A DNA stretch of 64,000 nt from Lepidodermella squamata (GCA_047495785.1 JBLDXI010000035.1:62001-126000); one strand, 5' to 3'; counted from the stretch's first letter, positions 1 to 14,200 are shown. The notes: generated from the letters alone by a model not told the origin. Program-made: numbers and translations.

Positions 1-11
1 TGAAAAATTAC

Positions 12-3000
12 CTTTCAAATAGAGAGCGAAATACTTCTCGCCAAGCACCCTCGTGATGACGGACATGCGCTGGAGAGACGACGAAAACGGGAACTGGCGA
101 ATGATGCCCACCTCGAAGGGCAGCGGGGTCGGCGAGCCGTTGCCGTCGCCAGCCGCCGACGCACCCATGGACGAAGTGTCGCCGCCGCCACCGCTGCCGG
201 ACGTGTTGAGCTGCGACGAGCGCGGGCGGACAATCGTCGGCGTGAGCACCTCGTAGCCCGCCTGGCCGTCGCCCATGTCCGCCTCGGCGCTGGCAGCCGG
301 CTCCTCCAACTCCCAGCCGGTCTCCTGGAACATCTTCAAGTCGATCGGATCGCCAGTCACCTCGCCTTCGATGACGGCGAGGGAGTGGCACGTCGCCATG
401 CACGTCGCCAGCTGCGATTTCCCCGGCAGGTACGCGCCGCTGGTGATGGGCGCCTGGAACTGGCCGCGCTGGCACGGCACGACCCGCGAGAAGTCGAGCC
501 CGTCCTCCGTCAGCGTGCCCGTCTTGTCGAAGCACACGATGTCGACGACGCCGCACACGTTGATGGTGGAGGGCGACACGCAGAAGATCTTGTGCTTCTT
601 CAGCCGCCGCTGCGCCGTCGCGTAGCCGACCGAGAGCGCGATGGGCAGGGCGGGCGGCACGACGATGGTGATGAGGTCGAGACAGCGGACGATGATGAGC
701 GAGGCGGACTCGCCGCGGGACAGCCGCAGCACGAGCGAGTAGACGAGGCCGATCATGGCGATGCCGGCGAGCAGCCCCACGAACTTCATCGCGTCGACGA
801 CGAACTTGAAGTCCATGGGCTTCGGGAAGAGGATCGAGCGGATCAGCTCGCCCTTCGCCGTCATGAAGCCCGTCGACAGCACGACGGCCCGCACCGACTT
901 GTTCGCGAAGTACTTGGTCTGGATGACGCGCGTGCCGCAGAACAGCACGTGCCGTTCGTGCAGCTTCACGTGCAGTTGCTGGTCTTCGGCCGCGTTGCGC
1001 ACGGCTGGCAGGGCAGTTTTTGTCACCGGGACAGATTCACCTGCGATACAAAAAATTGACAAAATTAGCATTTTCTTAGAAAAACAACATCCTAATTTGG
1101 AAAATTCAACTTTTCTTATGAATTTCAAACTCTTCCGTGCATCAGTTCTCAACATTTTAGAGGCGTAAACGAATGGAAAAAGAGCGGAAAAAGCGTTGTT
1201 ATGAAAATTTCAACGAATTGCAATTGAATATTATTCTAAAAAAAATTATTATAATGTTTCCAAAAATGCACGATTTGGAATATTGCGTTCTCCCATTTGA
1301 AATCATCAACATTTCATTACTCTGCGAAAATAAATAGCAAAGAAATAGCATTACTTACGCCTCAAACTTAACGATTTGCAGGTAAATTTGCAGTCTAATT
1401 ACTGTAACAACCCCTTTTTAAAGGCAAATAGATATGTCTTGGAACTCGAACGAATGAGTTCCAACCTCTCCATTCGACAACAGACTGCAGTGATGAAAAT
1501 TGCCTCTGTATTAAGAATTCATTATTTTTTAAATTGCTTTCACACCGATACTTAACATCAAAACGTTCGAGAGATTTTGAGGTAAAATTCATTTTCCCAG
1601 AAATTCATATTTGGCTGAAAACTGGCAACTTTAACCTTGTTTTTATCCCAGTTTGGTTTCAGATAACAATGCTGATAAAAAAACAGCGGCAAAACATGCA
1701 CCAATGGCATTCCCTGTAAAATTTTCAAAACCTGAACAAAATTTTCTGATTTTTCAGAAGGAAATCCTCAATTTCCAAGTATTTCTCAATAATTTGTCAC
1801 ACTAATGACATAAATTTTCAGCCGACTCTTGAATCTGGTCTCTGCCAGTAACCTGGAAGTTAAACATGGGTCATTGCGAGTCGTGCAAGTTTTGCAGCTA
1901 TGTAAAAAATGATGCAGCAATAAATTCCAAATATTTGCATGCAGCGACAAGACTCTTCAAGAATTATGAATAATTAAGCTGATTTTCCGCTATCCTCCTA
2001 TAATCCACGACCCAGTTATTTTTCAGCAAATAAAATCAATTAACCGATTATTTTTTTCAAACTCCCAACAAAAGGATGGAGCTCCTTCTTCCTAAAGTGT
2101 AATATTTTATATATTTATTTTGTTTTACCTGTCAACATGGCCTCGTTGACGATGCAGTTGCCGCACTGCAGGACAGCGTCGCACTGCATGACGGTGCCGT
2201 GGCGCGGGATGACGATGACGTCGCCGGGCGTCAGCTGGTCCGGCATGATGTCCTCCTCGGTGCCGTCGGGCCGGCACACCGTGACCGGCTGCGCGGCGTG
2301 CACGGTGCGGCGGAGGGCCCGCTCGTTGTTGCGCGTCAGGTACACGGTCCAGATGACGGAGATGGACGACATGAGCACGATGCAGGACGCGAAGATGTAG
2401 TACTGGTCGCAGAACCACAGCGTGCACGAGAAGATCTGGAACATGTAGAACGGCGAGAGGATTTCGCGGAAAATGATTGTCAGCACGGGCGTGATGCGCA
2501 CGTGGATCGAGTTCGACCCGGCCAGCACGCGCCGGTCCGACGACTCGTCGTGCGAAAGACCTAGCACAAACAATCATAAGTTACTTCGGTGTTAAATCAA
2601 ATTAAATTAAATTTCCGAATCAGAGCTCTACTCAAACCGAAAGTGGTTCGATGGTTTAGTTCAACGATGTTTACAGTATACCCTAATCGGCCATTAGTTA
2701 TTCATATCGAATAAAGGTTTCGCGAGACTTTTTAATATTCTAATCATTTCAATAATTAACTGTGAAGCCAATTTTCTCAGCAAATCTGATCATTATGAGC
2801 TTTTGAATTCGAATGACTCGACTAAAATAGTTTGCTGCCAATCATTACAAAACAACTTAATATTTCTGAATGAATCAAGAACTCGGCGCCTCCATGTCTG
2901 ATTAATATGATATTCGCAATAATGTCAAATTCTTTTCTTTCATTTGGCTCAAAATTCAGTCTTCGTCACAACCTCCAACAGTCGGAAACATAAAAACTGA

Positions 3001-4921
3001 ACGGCTAACTGCAGAGAATTTTCTTGTCAAATGAAGCATTCTCCCCCTTATGAATGTCGATTCCGAAAAGCGAACTTCCAACACTCTATTCCTTACCACC
3101 GCTTAACAGTAAGACTTAACAGTAAAACAAATAAATTGCCAAGGTAAATATACCAACATTGTGTACTTAGTCTAAGCGGCTTCCATTGAAGTAAAGATAA
3201 AAAAACGGGTAGAAGTGTCAACTGTGTTAATTCCCTTATTCAAGAAGTGAGCCACGTCTGAGCTTACAAAATTAAATTGAATCTCAAGGCAATCTCAAAG
3301 GACGAAATATCAAACAAAAAGTTGACGAAATTTCCTTCAGGAACCGGCGAATTCAATTATTTTGCCCCCTCAGATTCGGTGATTTAAAGAAGGAGCTGAG
3401 CTCAATGGAGCTGAGCTCTAACGGAGCTGAGCTCCCTGAATACCGCGCACGGTCAAGTCAAAGGCCAAGTTCATGGAACAATGTCGGTTTTACTACCAAA
3501 ATATAGATCGTTCAATTCTCTATCGACTGAATATAGGTTTGCCGCTCGAAAAACTAAACAGAAAAAAGTGAAGTTGGTAAATAAATTAATGCCATTTGCG
3601 CGCACTCTCAAGCGATATGCACACTTAAATACGCAATCTAGCATGGGCGTAAAACTTTTTCTGGTTGATTTTTTCGATCGAGAAATCTACATTCGAGCGA
3701 TAGAGAATTGAACGATCTATATTTTGGTAGTAAAACCGACATTGTTCCATGAACTTGGCCTTTGACTTGACCGTGCGCGGTATTCAGGGAGCTCAGCTCC
3801 GTTAGAGCTCAGCTCCATTGAGCTCAGCTCCTTTTTGAGCTCAGCTCCTTCTTTAAATCACCAAGTACGGAGCGGCATTATTTTCTCCTCTTCAGTTTAA
3901 ATGTTATCTCATATTTAATATCATTTCATTTCCATCATTAATTCAAATTTCTGTATCGCCCCTTACCTTTACAAGAGTGCAGACTGAGAAAAGTGGGCGA
4001 CTCTCCGAGTAGACCTTCATATTTTTCAAATTGCTGCCGTTCCGGGCTCCAAAAATATCGCAATTTCTGCACGGTTATATAGCGAAGAACGGACGCTTGA
4101 GCCGCCGGGCGGTACGTGAAATAACGCGAGGAAACGTCGCGGTCGACCGGCTTTACGTTTACACCGTCGCGACTGACAAATCTCACCGGACGAACCCAAG
4201 TTCGTTTGTACAAGTCAGTCAGCAATATGCAGTCCGCTTTCAGTAGAGTCGACGGGTGGTGCGTTAGGTACAAACGCCACGATGGCCGCCAGTAGAAGAC
4301 CAGCCACAGCAGACCGACAGTTAAGAAATAACCGGCTACCAACGCCCGTTCACGCGCAGGAATTTTCGCGAAGCCGAAACACGTCATTTGATCGTCCTTT
4401 TCCGCATTTAAAATCGCCTTTTCTGACAGCACAATATTTGGCGTCGAATGTTCGCTACCGATCTGCGGTGATTTGAAAGAGGCGGGCAGAAATGCGCCTT
4501 TCGCATTATCCCAGCCGTAAGTTTGGCCATTCAGCCGTAGACTAGGTGTCAGGTACTTTGACTCGAACAGATTGTTCGCCGCCGAACCTCGCGGTTGCGC
4601 ATTCGAGTTCGAGCGTTTGAACGATAGGTTCAGGTTGAACGAGTCCGATTGCGGCGCGAGTACGAGGCCATCGTGCGATATGATCTCTAGCGCGGCCACA
4701 TGTTCGTTATCGCGGTCGTCGCGCACGATAACATATCGCGCCTCGCCTCTAATGATGCATTGGCGGCATGTCAGCCTAATCCAAAGCGTCCTCTTAGCGA
4801 CGTAGGCAACCAGATAGAAGAGTCCGAGAGTCAACACGGAAAGAAGAAATGCCACAAACTGGCGGTACCATATTGGTGCGAAATAAGTCACCTCGCGAAT
4901 CCCGTCGGGACTATTTCGCAT
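12..4921 (-). CDS. ATP13A3: P5B-type cation/polyamine-transporting ATPase (ATP13A2/3-like), 5' part; gene continues past the left window edge
   Basis: Exons 4921-3967, 2560-2129 and 1040-12 join in frame over GT-AG introns. Motifs: LTGES (across a splice), VPPALP (P5B signature), CFDKTGTLT phosphorylation site, and a P5-ATPase N-terminal hairpin region. The paralog (A2 vs A3) and start codon are uncertain. Confidence 0.9.
3378..3862. mobile_element. Non-autonomous foldback/MITE-like element in an ATPase intron
   Basis: Inverted arms at 3378-3525 and 3698-3862 are identical except for one extra GAGCTCAGCTCC subrepeat on the right. Termini are GGTGATTTAAAG...CTTTAAATCACC. No clear TSD. Confidence 0.7.
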
Positions 4922-6642
4922 TCCCTAATCAAAATGATAACAAAAAACATTATAGAGATAATGGAAATAACAGATAACAGCAATAAAGTTTGTCGGCTTC
5001 CCACAACGGACTGATAACAGAAGGACAAAATATAGCCTACGAGCGGAAAACACCTAACTATAGCTACTTGCGCGATTTTAACCTACTTTATATCTTGAAA
5101 GTAGTCCGATTGAAGGTTCAAATTATGAATATAAGCAATGTAAAGATTGCAAAGATATTTTTTGTAGGCCTTTAAAGCTGAAGCATTAACGCATCAAGAA
5201 CACTTGGATCGAAGAATAATTTGATCGCAAAAAGACATAAGCATACGGATTCAAATAATATTCCTTTCAAATGCTCGCGATAGCCCACATGATTTAATGA
5301 GAATTAAAATTGGGGAAACATAATATATGGAAACACTATAAATAGAAGCAAAATGGTTTCAGTGAAAGCTATCGAATATCGACGAAATTTGGCGCGTCAC
5401 TCTATTGTCTCCGAGTTCAAAAAGCACTGAACAAAATAATACAATTTTGTTCAAGAAGGCTCAAGAAGGTACATGAAGAAGCAATCATGTTTCATATGAA
5501 AATTAACTGAACTTCAATGAGCTTTTCGTATGAAAAGAGTCGGTAGTGGGCGCAAAGGTCTGCACAAGTTTGGCGTTTCTATTATAAGAATATCTATATT
5601 CGGGGGCCTGCGGCCTGCTACAACCGCTTTTTCCGTATAAGTCCAATTGAACATTGAACAAGGTTCGACGTTGCTAAGAAAATATCTGCGACACTGAAAC
5701 GTATTTGGATTGGAGCAGCTCAATCCCGAAGCACACATTGATGCTTGATAAACGATAAATGATGAGGCTAAAACGCACGGCTATGCCATCATCTCTCATG
5801 CAAGTATCCAACAGATAGATCCAAATAGACTACAGACTACAGGTACCCGGGTGCCATCAGTAAAATTTCCAGGCCGCAAGTGCAAGGAAGTGGGATGAAA
5901 ACTGAAAACTCAGGTGTAACCATCCACAATAATGGGTGAGGTGTGAGGGTTGGGAGCTTGCTGACTGTCGGGTTGATAGGAGATAGACTTAGCCAGAAGA
6001 AAGAGGTATATTTGACTTCCTTCTTTCGCAATTTTCACAGGTAGGAGAAGGATATCATGATGTAACAGTAACAGACTTCACGCACCAGACATACATCTAG
6101 AAACAGAAAACAAACCCCGAGCCTAGGCAGCTGAAGCAAAAAACTCCGAAGAACCTCACGTTTGTCCCGCGAAAACGCCCAAGAGATGACTCAGCGAAGA
6201 AAAACTAAAAAAAACTATCAATTTTATGTTTGAAAACGTGCACAGCAATTTTTCTCGATTGAATTTGAGGATTATTAACATATTATATGTCGCATTCAAT
6301 TTGAAGCAATTTTTTGCCGCCCACTTTTTTTTAGATTCCCCGCATCACATCTCCGTGGAATGAAGTGCTTGGCCTGACGTAGTCCGTAGTCCGCAATCCT
6401 ATCTCAAACCTTTCGCCAACCCACCTATCAACGAAACAGGCCTCTCCGGCATTCCACTTTTTGCTAATCGCGGAAATTTAGGCTTCAGGCTTCTGGACTC
6501 GATTATCGATTGAACCGCAATTTATGCCTTGTGCCTTGTCATGAATCCCATACTCTCAAGATTCTACATGTGTAATACTATTTGCTATTTGTTTGCGTTG
6601 CATGTTCCTGCCTCATACCAATAGACAGCATTTATATGCTCA

Positions 6643-8916
6643 ATGAACTGTTCATATTTTCAATTGATTATAGTATTTAATGCCATTGGCCATGGATCTT
6701 CGCCCGAATCAATGCGCAATTTCAGACCTTGGTGCACGTGCAATCTAGTGAAAGGTCGTATGTTTCTTTCCATGCTCGCCACTGCTAAACGTCTGCGCTT
6801 TCTCGGCCTGCAAGTCTGGATGACTGATAATCGATGCAGATATTGGACCATATGCTCGATTACTGTTTTATCCGTCATATTATGTTTTGTTTTGTTTGTC
6901 CTTATTAATACCGCTCCTGAGACTACTGAAAATCCCGAACCTGTGCTGGGCGATGTATCGGTGCCTGACGTAACCGTCAAAACTCACAGGCCTTTATCTG
7001 ACAACAGCGCTCGTACAAATTGGGCAGCCTATCAGTATTCAATCATCCTAGACTGCGGTAGTAGTGGCAGTCGAGTTTTTATTTATTACTGGCCCGAGCA
7101 TAGTGGCGTCCGTGGCCAATTGCTGGACATTCGCCAACTGCCAGGCCCTGACGGACATCCAGCCGTGCTCAAGGTGGAGCCAGGCATTTCTGCCTACCCA
7201 TCAGACCCTTCAAAAGCGACAGACCAAGTCGTGAAATTGTTGCTGTTCGCAAAAGATCACATACCGGTGCAATGCCACCAGGACACTTTCGTCTATATCA
7301 TGGCCACTGCTGGCATGCGAATGCTCAAAGAAATCGAGCAGGAAAACATTCTAAGCCATATTCGGCTGAATGTACCGCTTAGAACGCCCTTCCGCTTGTT
7401 AGCGGATAATGTTGAAGTTATTACCGGTAAATGGGAGGGAATTTACGCGTGGATTGCGATAAATGCCGCGTTAGGAAGACTCGGCGGCGCTCCTGCCGAA
7501 AAGTTACGTGTACCTGACAGTACGCCAGGCCCGCCAGCCCCTGAAACAGTCGGTATTATTGACATGGGCGGTGGTTCTATACAAATCGCTTTCGAATTGG
7601 ACCCGAAGGACAATCCGCCACCAGATGTCATGGCATCATTCGGCCTCGGGACCTCTGAAGCCGATACGTCGCTCAATTACCGGCTGTACGTCGCAACTTA
7701 CCTCGGATTAGGCGCAAATTCAGCGCTCAAGTCACATTTCGAAGCTCTAGCTGAAGAGCGATATCAAATGCTGGCGAAAAATCTGGTCGAACGAACGACC
7801 TCTACTCAACAATCGTCTAGTGAGAAAACTACCGGGTTTTCAAATGCAATTATCGACCCATGCCACCCGGCGGGCTACAACGCCGCGCTCAATCTGTCGA
7901 TAGCCTCAAATGGGAACCAACCGAAGCCGGTTATACTAAATGGAACCGGCGAATTCAAAGCGTGTAAAAGCCGTCTGCAGTTCCTGTTAGCTCAGATTTC
8001 GTCTGAGACTAACAGCGCGATGGCGTCTTGTGGCTTGTTTTGCTCGCCACTTTCCGGCCTCGCTCCGGCGGTTGCAATTGCTAGCAAACCGCCGCTTTCA
8101 ATGCGGAGGCGAAAATTTTACGGGTTTTCCGAATTCTGGTACACAATGGAAGACTGCCTGCATTTAGGTGAGGAATAACATCACGATGTTCAAATTTAAC
8201 ACTAAAATTGTGCTGTTTTTATAGGCGGTCAGTATGATGGCGCTAAGTTTGACCAAGAAGCTGGTTCGTTCTGCGCCCACGAGTGGAACCGCCTGGTCAA
8301 AGATTACACGGCGCCGCAGTACTCTCAGGCCGACTACGCTCGATTCACTACGCAGTGCTTCAAATCGGCCTGGGTCTCAGTCATCCTACACTCCGGCTTT
8401 TTATTCGAACCGGACACTCTAAATTTCGCATCGGTTCAAAAAATTAACGGCTCTGAGGTCCACTGGACCCTCGGGGCGCTGCTGTACAAAACCAGGACGT
8501 TGCCGTTGAGGAGAATTCAACTCCTCGAATCCGCGTCGCAACTGCGGCACGGCGTCAGCGGTTTGAATGGCGGAAATTCGGTGATGATAGCCGCGACTAA
8601 CAACTCGTGGCCGCTGACTTTCATGCCCAACCTGCCGCAGGCGACAATTCTAATATGCGGAGTCATCGTGTTCCTCGCAATTGTTTTCTACTGCCACAAA
8701 TTGAGCCGGCCGACGCAGAACCGGCGGAAGGACGAGACGATCTACGACCAGGCTGAAATGGGCCTGCTGGCCGACGACGACTCCGGCTGGTCCGGGGCGA
8801 GCACGGCCATCGGCATCAGCGAGTCGACGCAGACTTCGTCTTCATCTTCGCTGTCGCTGGGCAGGAAAGGCCGGTCGTCGATGTCGGTCGGCAGTCGCAT
8901 GCACCATATGGCTTGA
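6643..8916 (+). CDS. ENTPD4: Ectonucleoside triphosphate diphosphohydrolase 4/7-like (GDA1/CD39 family)
   Basis: Exon 1 runs to 8167, then a 57-nt intron (8168-8224) and exon 8225-8916. Apyrase conserved regions DCGSSGSR, ATAGMR, WEGIYAW, DMGGGS and WTLG are present, with N- and C-terminal TM helices. The true start may be a downstream Met (e.g. 6760 or 6820). ENTPD4 vs ENTPD7 is not resolved. Confidence 0.9.
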
Positions 8917-9439
8917 AAAAGCTTCAAATCTGTTCGGTTTCTGGGCTTTCAATCGCGCTCCCCTTTGGTTCCTTGGTTCGAGATGTTTTCTTTCGGATAG
9001 CGGCAATTGATTCATCCATTCCTGCGAATACTTACTAAAAATACCTTGATAGAGTTATTATATTTACAAAAGCGATACCCGTGGTTTACTAGTACATGCA
9101 TACATTCGTAGTTAGTTTGTGTATGGTCGACATTTTGCTTTTTCTCATTTCTGTTTTGCTATTAACAAACTGCTGATGTTATTTAGTTCGAAGAATACCG
9201 ATGATGGTGTGATCGAAACGACGACGATGACGATAATATTCTATATATATCTTATTTTAATTTATGTATCTCTCTCTTTCTCTGCCTTGTTTTTTGTGGC
9301 GTGAATTTCTCGGCTAACAAATTGGCAAGGAAAAAGGATTGAAAATAATACTGGAAAATGCGTAATAAAACTGAGAGAAAAATGGTTTAAATTCATCCAA
9401 CAATATTTGATTTTTCTTAGATATTATTATTTATTGAAA

Positions 9440-9679
9440 ATGAACCCCTTGGACACGGCAAGTTCGCTGAAAGACTTTACATGGTCGACTAATGTAGTAA
9501 TTGCGAGTGGCAAATGCGGCAATACGATGCAGCCGATCGTCAATTTGGACCTGAAACTGCTCGCCCAGGGCGAAACCGTGGATAAGCGGCTCGAAATGAC
9601 GCCCGGCGAGTTGGAGAACTTCGTCGCTAAACTCGAGCAGTGCTTGCGCCAATCAGAAACCGTCAACAGCCAGCAATGA
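9440..9679 (+). CDS. COMMD6: COMM-domain-only protein (COMMD6-like), 79 aa
   Basis: LKDFTW...PIVNLDL...LEMT..ELENFVAKLE matches the COMM domain pattern. Lack of an N-terminal helical domain fits COMMD6; a truncated COMMD8 is not excluded. Confidence 0.7.
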   Translation: MNPLDTASSLKDFTWSTNVVIASGKCGNTMQPIVNLDLKLLAQGETVDKRLEMTPGELENFVAKLEQCLRQSETVNSQQ

Positions 9680-10332
9680 GCCATTTTGCTATCATGCCTA
9701 TTTATCGAATTAATCAATCACCGAATAAATTTTATCAATTCCAATGGTTCGATCAGTCAGCATTCTAGCCCTTAGTTGAGAATTTGGAATGGCTTGAATT
9801 CCAGATACCTAAAACTGGAAGTCTTATTCGTGCTTATAGAGCTCTTATTTTGAGAAAATTAGAATTTCAAGATTTAATCAAACTCGGAAATCTCTTATAT
9901 GCTATGCCAAGTGAACACCATAGCCAGTAGCCATGATTTATTAAAAGCAGACCTTTGGATTTTAACCAAGAACCGAAACCTGCTGATTTTTCAATTTTTT
10001 AAATTGAATATTTTTCCTTAGCTCATGGGGCCAAATGTCTTGGGAAACTTGAGAGATAAACATTGAAAATTTTGAGATTTTTGGAATAGATAAAACTTCT
10101 TGATCCCTAAATTCTCGAAAATATTTTTCATCGAAGCAAGAAATCGGCTATTTAATTCTGCAGAGCTCTGAAATAAGTACCATATTTTTGGCCAATTTCC
10201 TGTAAATTTTGATGAAAAATCGAAGATAGGCTGTTGAGCATTACCCGTTTAGATTTTTGAGCCTCGACAGCGTCACCAACTTGACCTTGCATTTTTCTGT
10301 CAATATTTTGTGTTTTTAGAGGTTTTACCGAG

Positions 10333-10677
10333 ATGGTTAAAATTCTGAAGGTGTGGGACGTGCACGGCGAGAAGGTGGCGTGCCCGGAGCCGGCGCAGTT
10401 CAAAGTCGACGGCACGAAGCTGGAGGAGGTGCGCGAGCGGCTGGCGGCGCGCGGCCTCAAGTCGCCGTGGCTGCGCAACGCGGCGTGGCGCTACCACCCC
10501 GGCTGGCACCACCAGCGCGTGTGGTCCAGTTTCTTCCGCATCCTGTTCCGCGGCGCGCCCATCGCCCTCGGCATCGTGGCCGTGCAGGTTGTTGCGACCG
10601 AAGCCTACAACAAGGTGACGAAGCACGAAGAGCACCACTTTCACGGCTTCACTAAATACGTGCCGAAATCTGCTTAA
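10333..10677 (+). CDS. NDUFB3: NADH dehydrogenase (ubiquinone) 1 beta subcomplex subunit 3 (B12)
   Basis: FKVDGTKLEEVRERLAARGLKSPWLRNAAWRY matches the NDUFB3 PW.RN.AWRY motif, followed by one TM helix. Confidence 0.88.
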   Translation: MVKILKVWDVHGEKVACPEPAQFKVDGTKLEEVRERLAARGLKSPWLRNAAWRYHPGWHHQRVWSSFFRILFRGAPIALGIVAVQVVATEAYNKVTKHEEHHFHGFTKYVPKSA

Positions 10678-11284
10678 TAATAATAATCATAAATAACTGT
10701 AATGAGATGATAACTTGTAAATTCTACCATGCTGTACTGTACCAACCTTTCAGCTTCTTCACACTAGCCAGTGGAAAAACAGTGGAGCACGGTATCCATG
10801 TTTTTCATGATCGATCGTTTAGTTGTTCTGCGTTGATGCGATTTAATAAAATAATGAACCGACCCTCAAGTGTTCGAATAAAATATTCTTTACAATCCGG
10901 TCTTTTAACCATTTTTATGTATTTTTTTAGATTTGTAAATTATTGATAAATTTATCAAACAACGGCAAAATCAATTCAGGGTCGAATTTTATCATCTGAC
11001 CTCGATAATTACCGAAGCCGCCGCAAGTTTTAATATTTGAGAATTTTAAAGTGCGCCTTCAATAGTTATAATAGTTCAATAGTATCAATTTTTTGTAAGT
11101 AGTATTGCGAAAGTAAAACGAAAATTCATGAAAACTTGAAAATTGAGTCTAACTTGTTTTAGGAAAAATATTCTTGCCCATTATTTTACTTAGGAATGTT
11201 TGAGATAATGATTGATCTCCGTATTGCTCGTCCCATAATCGATTTTTTAATTAAAAAAACCGATCGATTTCTCAATTTTTCTAG

Positions 11285-14200
11285 ATGAATTTATTTAGAG
11301 TATTTACTGGCTCGTATCAAGAATCAAATGGCGCAGCGAATGACGATAATAGCCCGGAATCAACGGTAAATAGTTTTAGAAATTATGCAAATTTCCTGAT
11401 AACTTTTTCCATGGATTTCTAGATTTTGAAGCTATGCTCACGGTTGAAGTCATCTCAGATGCTGGCGGACAGGCGCGATGCGGTTCGCGGCCTGAAATCG
11501 CTGGCGAAAACGTACCGCCGCGAGGTTGGCTCGCACTGCCTCGAACCGCTCATCGACTGCTTGTGCAAAGACAGGTATGCAAAATGAATCTGAAGATGAA
11601 ATGAATGAAAATGGTTTTATTGTTTCACTTCCCCGCGACTGAGCGTCTATACCCTTTCGGCTTTTCAGGAAGACGAAGGCGAAGGCAAACCAAAAGCAAA
11701 ATGAATCTATCGCATGAAATTGCTAAATTTGAAGAAAATATGAGCTCAATTTATAGATTAAAAATCCACCTGCTTGAATGTCATGATTTGCGAAAAATAG
11801 GGACAAAACCATATTTCTCGAAATTTGAAAATCAGACTTTTCAGACATTTTGCGGTATTTCCTTAATTGGGTCGAATTTCTAATTTTTTTTAAATATTTT
11901 TTGTAGAAATGACCATGAACTGACAGCGCTGTGCCTTGATGCGCTGTGTTCGATTCTAAGCGACGATGAGCAAATTCTGAGCAGCGGAGGCCGCAACAGC
12001 AATGCCGACCAGAACAGCCTGAATAACGAATCGACAGCCGTGACGGACGAACTCATGGCGCGATTCGCCGAAAAACTCGTCAACGAGGCCGTGTTCAACG
12101 TGGTGCTCGCGTGCCTCGAAGAACACGAGTTCGGCATTCGCCTACCATCGATTCGCCTGCTCGTCGCGTTGCTGCAAGTCCGCGCCCGCGATGTCCAGCA
12201 GTTGGTGCTGCTGAACCCGACTGCGGTCGCGCGCTTCATGGACGTGTTGTCCGACGTGCGTGAAGTTGTTCGCAACGACATGTTGGTGTTGCTGATTCAC
12301 CTGACGCGCGGCAATTCGTCCATTCAGAAAATTGTTGTCTTTGAAAATGTTTTCGAGAAATTGTTTGCGATTTTGGCCTCCGAAGGCTGGGCCGATGGCG
12401 GCGTTGTCGCGGCCGATTGTCTCGAGCTCATGCTGAGTCTCCTAGCTGGAAATGCAGCTAATCAGTTGCTGTTCAGAGAAGGTAAACAAATCGATATTTA
12501 TTTTTACGATTCTTATTAATAGATATAGCGTTCGAATCGGAAGGCGGATCGGATATTTTTAGAATGACGCACTTTTGATCGAAACTTGGTAGACAGAGAT
12601 CCGATTGAAATTAAATTTTCCTTTAGTTTTTGGGAAATAAGTCCTCTAGATAGGCGGTTTTAGGCTCAGTTGAGGCCTAAGGAAAGTCCCTAGTTTGTGC
12701 CCGAATTTCAATTTGAATAGATACCATACAACAGCCCGGGCTACCAAAATTTCAGGCTCAACATTTAGAAAAATTCGAAAATTTAGAGTTTATCGTTCAT
12801 TTTTAATGTTTTCGAACTGACTTGAACCTTCAACCCTGGACTACTTTGAAATTTTGAAATGAAAATAAATGAGTAGCGGAGCTGATTCGGCATTTTATCA
12901 CCTACACCTGCGATTTTAATCTCCTGTGATGTGTATTTAATTGCTCAATATCTCGCATGTAGGTTCATTCGTGCAGCAACTGGGCCCGTTCTTCGACTCA
13001 CTGCCCTCCGCCCCGCTCTCCGTCCAGAAAACGTGGACGCCTGAAAAAGCCGAAAACTTCATCCTGCTCTTCCAGCTGATCCGCCACCTCGTGACGCCCG
13101 GCGCCGGCCAGCAGCAAATCGCCGCCGTGCAACGCATCGCCCTGCAGTGCGGCCTCCTGCGTCGACTGGCGGAACTGCTGTCCGAAGCCGGCCTCCCCTC
13201 GCCCGTCCTAATCGAAGCCCTAGGAGCCGTAGGCGAGCTGAGCCGCGAACTGCCCGCAGCGCAAGACGCCGTGCTGCAACTCGCTGTGCCGTCGATGCGT
13301 CCCCCGCGCCCGCTCGTAGTCGTGCTCCTGATGTCGCTGATCAACGACAAGCAGCCGCTGCGCCTGCGCCTCGCCATCCTCTACGCCGTGCAGTGCCTGC
13401 TGCACCGCAACAAGCCGGCGCAGTTGGCGCTCGTCCGCGGCATGGGCGCCCCCGATGACCAGTCCGTGACATCATCTGGATCCGCCGACTCGCTGCTCGC
13501 CTTCTCCACCTCCGCCGGGCAGCTCATCGTCTCCGGGCTGCTGGCGCTCGAATCGCCGAGCGCGTGGCTGGCCGCTGGCGTGCTGGTCGCGGCGCTGGGC
13601 GTGAGTTCTGGCCCTGAGGCTGGCGAACTGCGCGAGAACCTGTTGCAGGCGAAACTGGCGCTGAGCCTGGGTGCGGCGCCCGTGTCGCTGTTGCAGCAGA
13701 TCAGCTCGACGCTGGGCATGCAGAAACTGCGCCTCACCACCCGCGCCGGCCTGCTGCAGCTGCTGTGCGTGTGGCTGGCGCACAGCCCGGCCGTCGTCGA
13801 CGCCCTGCTCAGCGACGCCCCGGCTGTCGCATGCCTTCTATCTCAGGTTAGTGTCAGATCTGCCAAAATAAACCCTTGATAGGCAGGCTATTTTCTTGGC
13901 AAAAGTTGCTATTTTATGCTTGCCATAATATTGTCGCCTTCAGCTGTAGTTTGAGGGAAATATTTCTATTTCCTATTTTTCTGTGGCACATAGCAACTAA
14001 TTAACATCAAGGGAGTCTTTAAGCTCGAAATTATCAAAATTGGATCATTTTGAGATGATGAATGACATTTTCTTATGGGTTAAGACGTACAGCGTGTCCC
14101 ATAAGTAGTAAGCAAACAGAGAAAATGCGAAGAAAAGTCAAATACACCTTGGCCAGAAAATCTCGGTACGATTCCAAATTTGAGCCAGCCGGATAAAATA

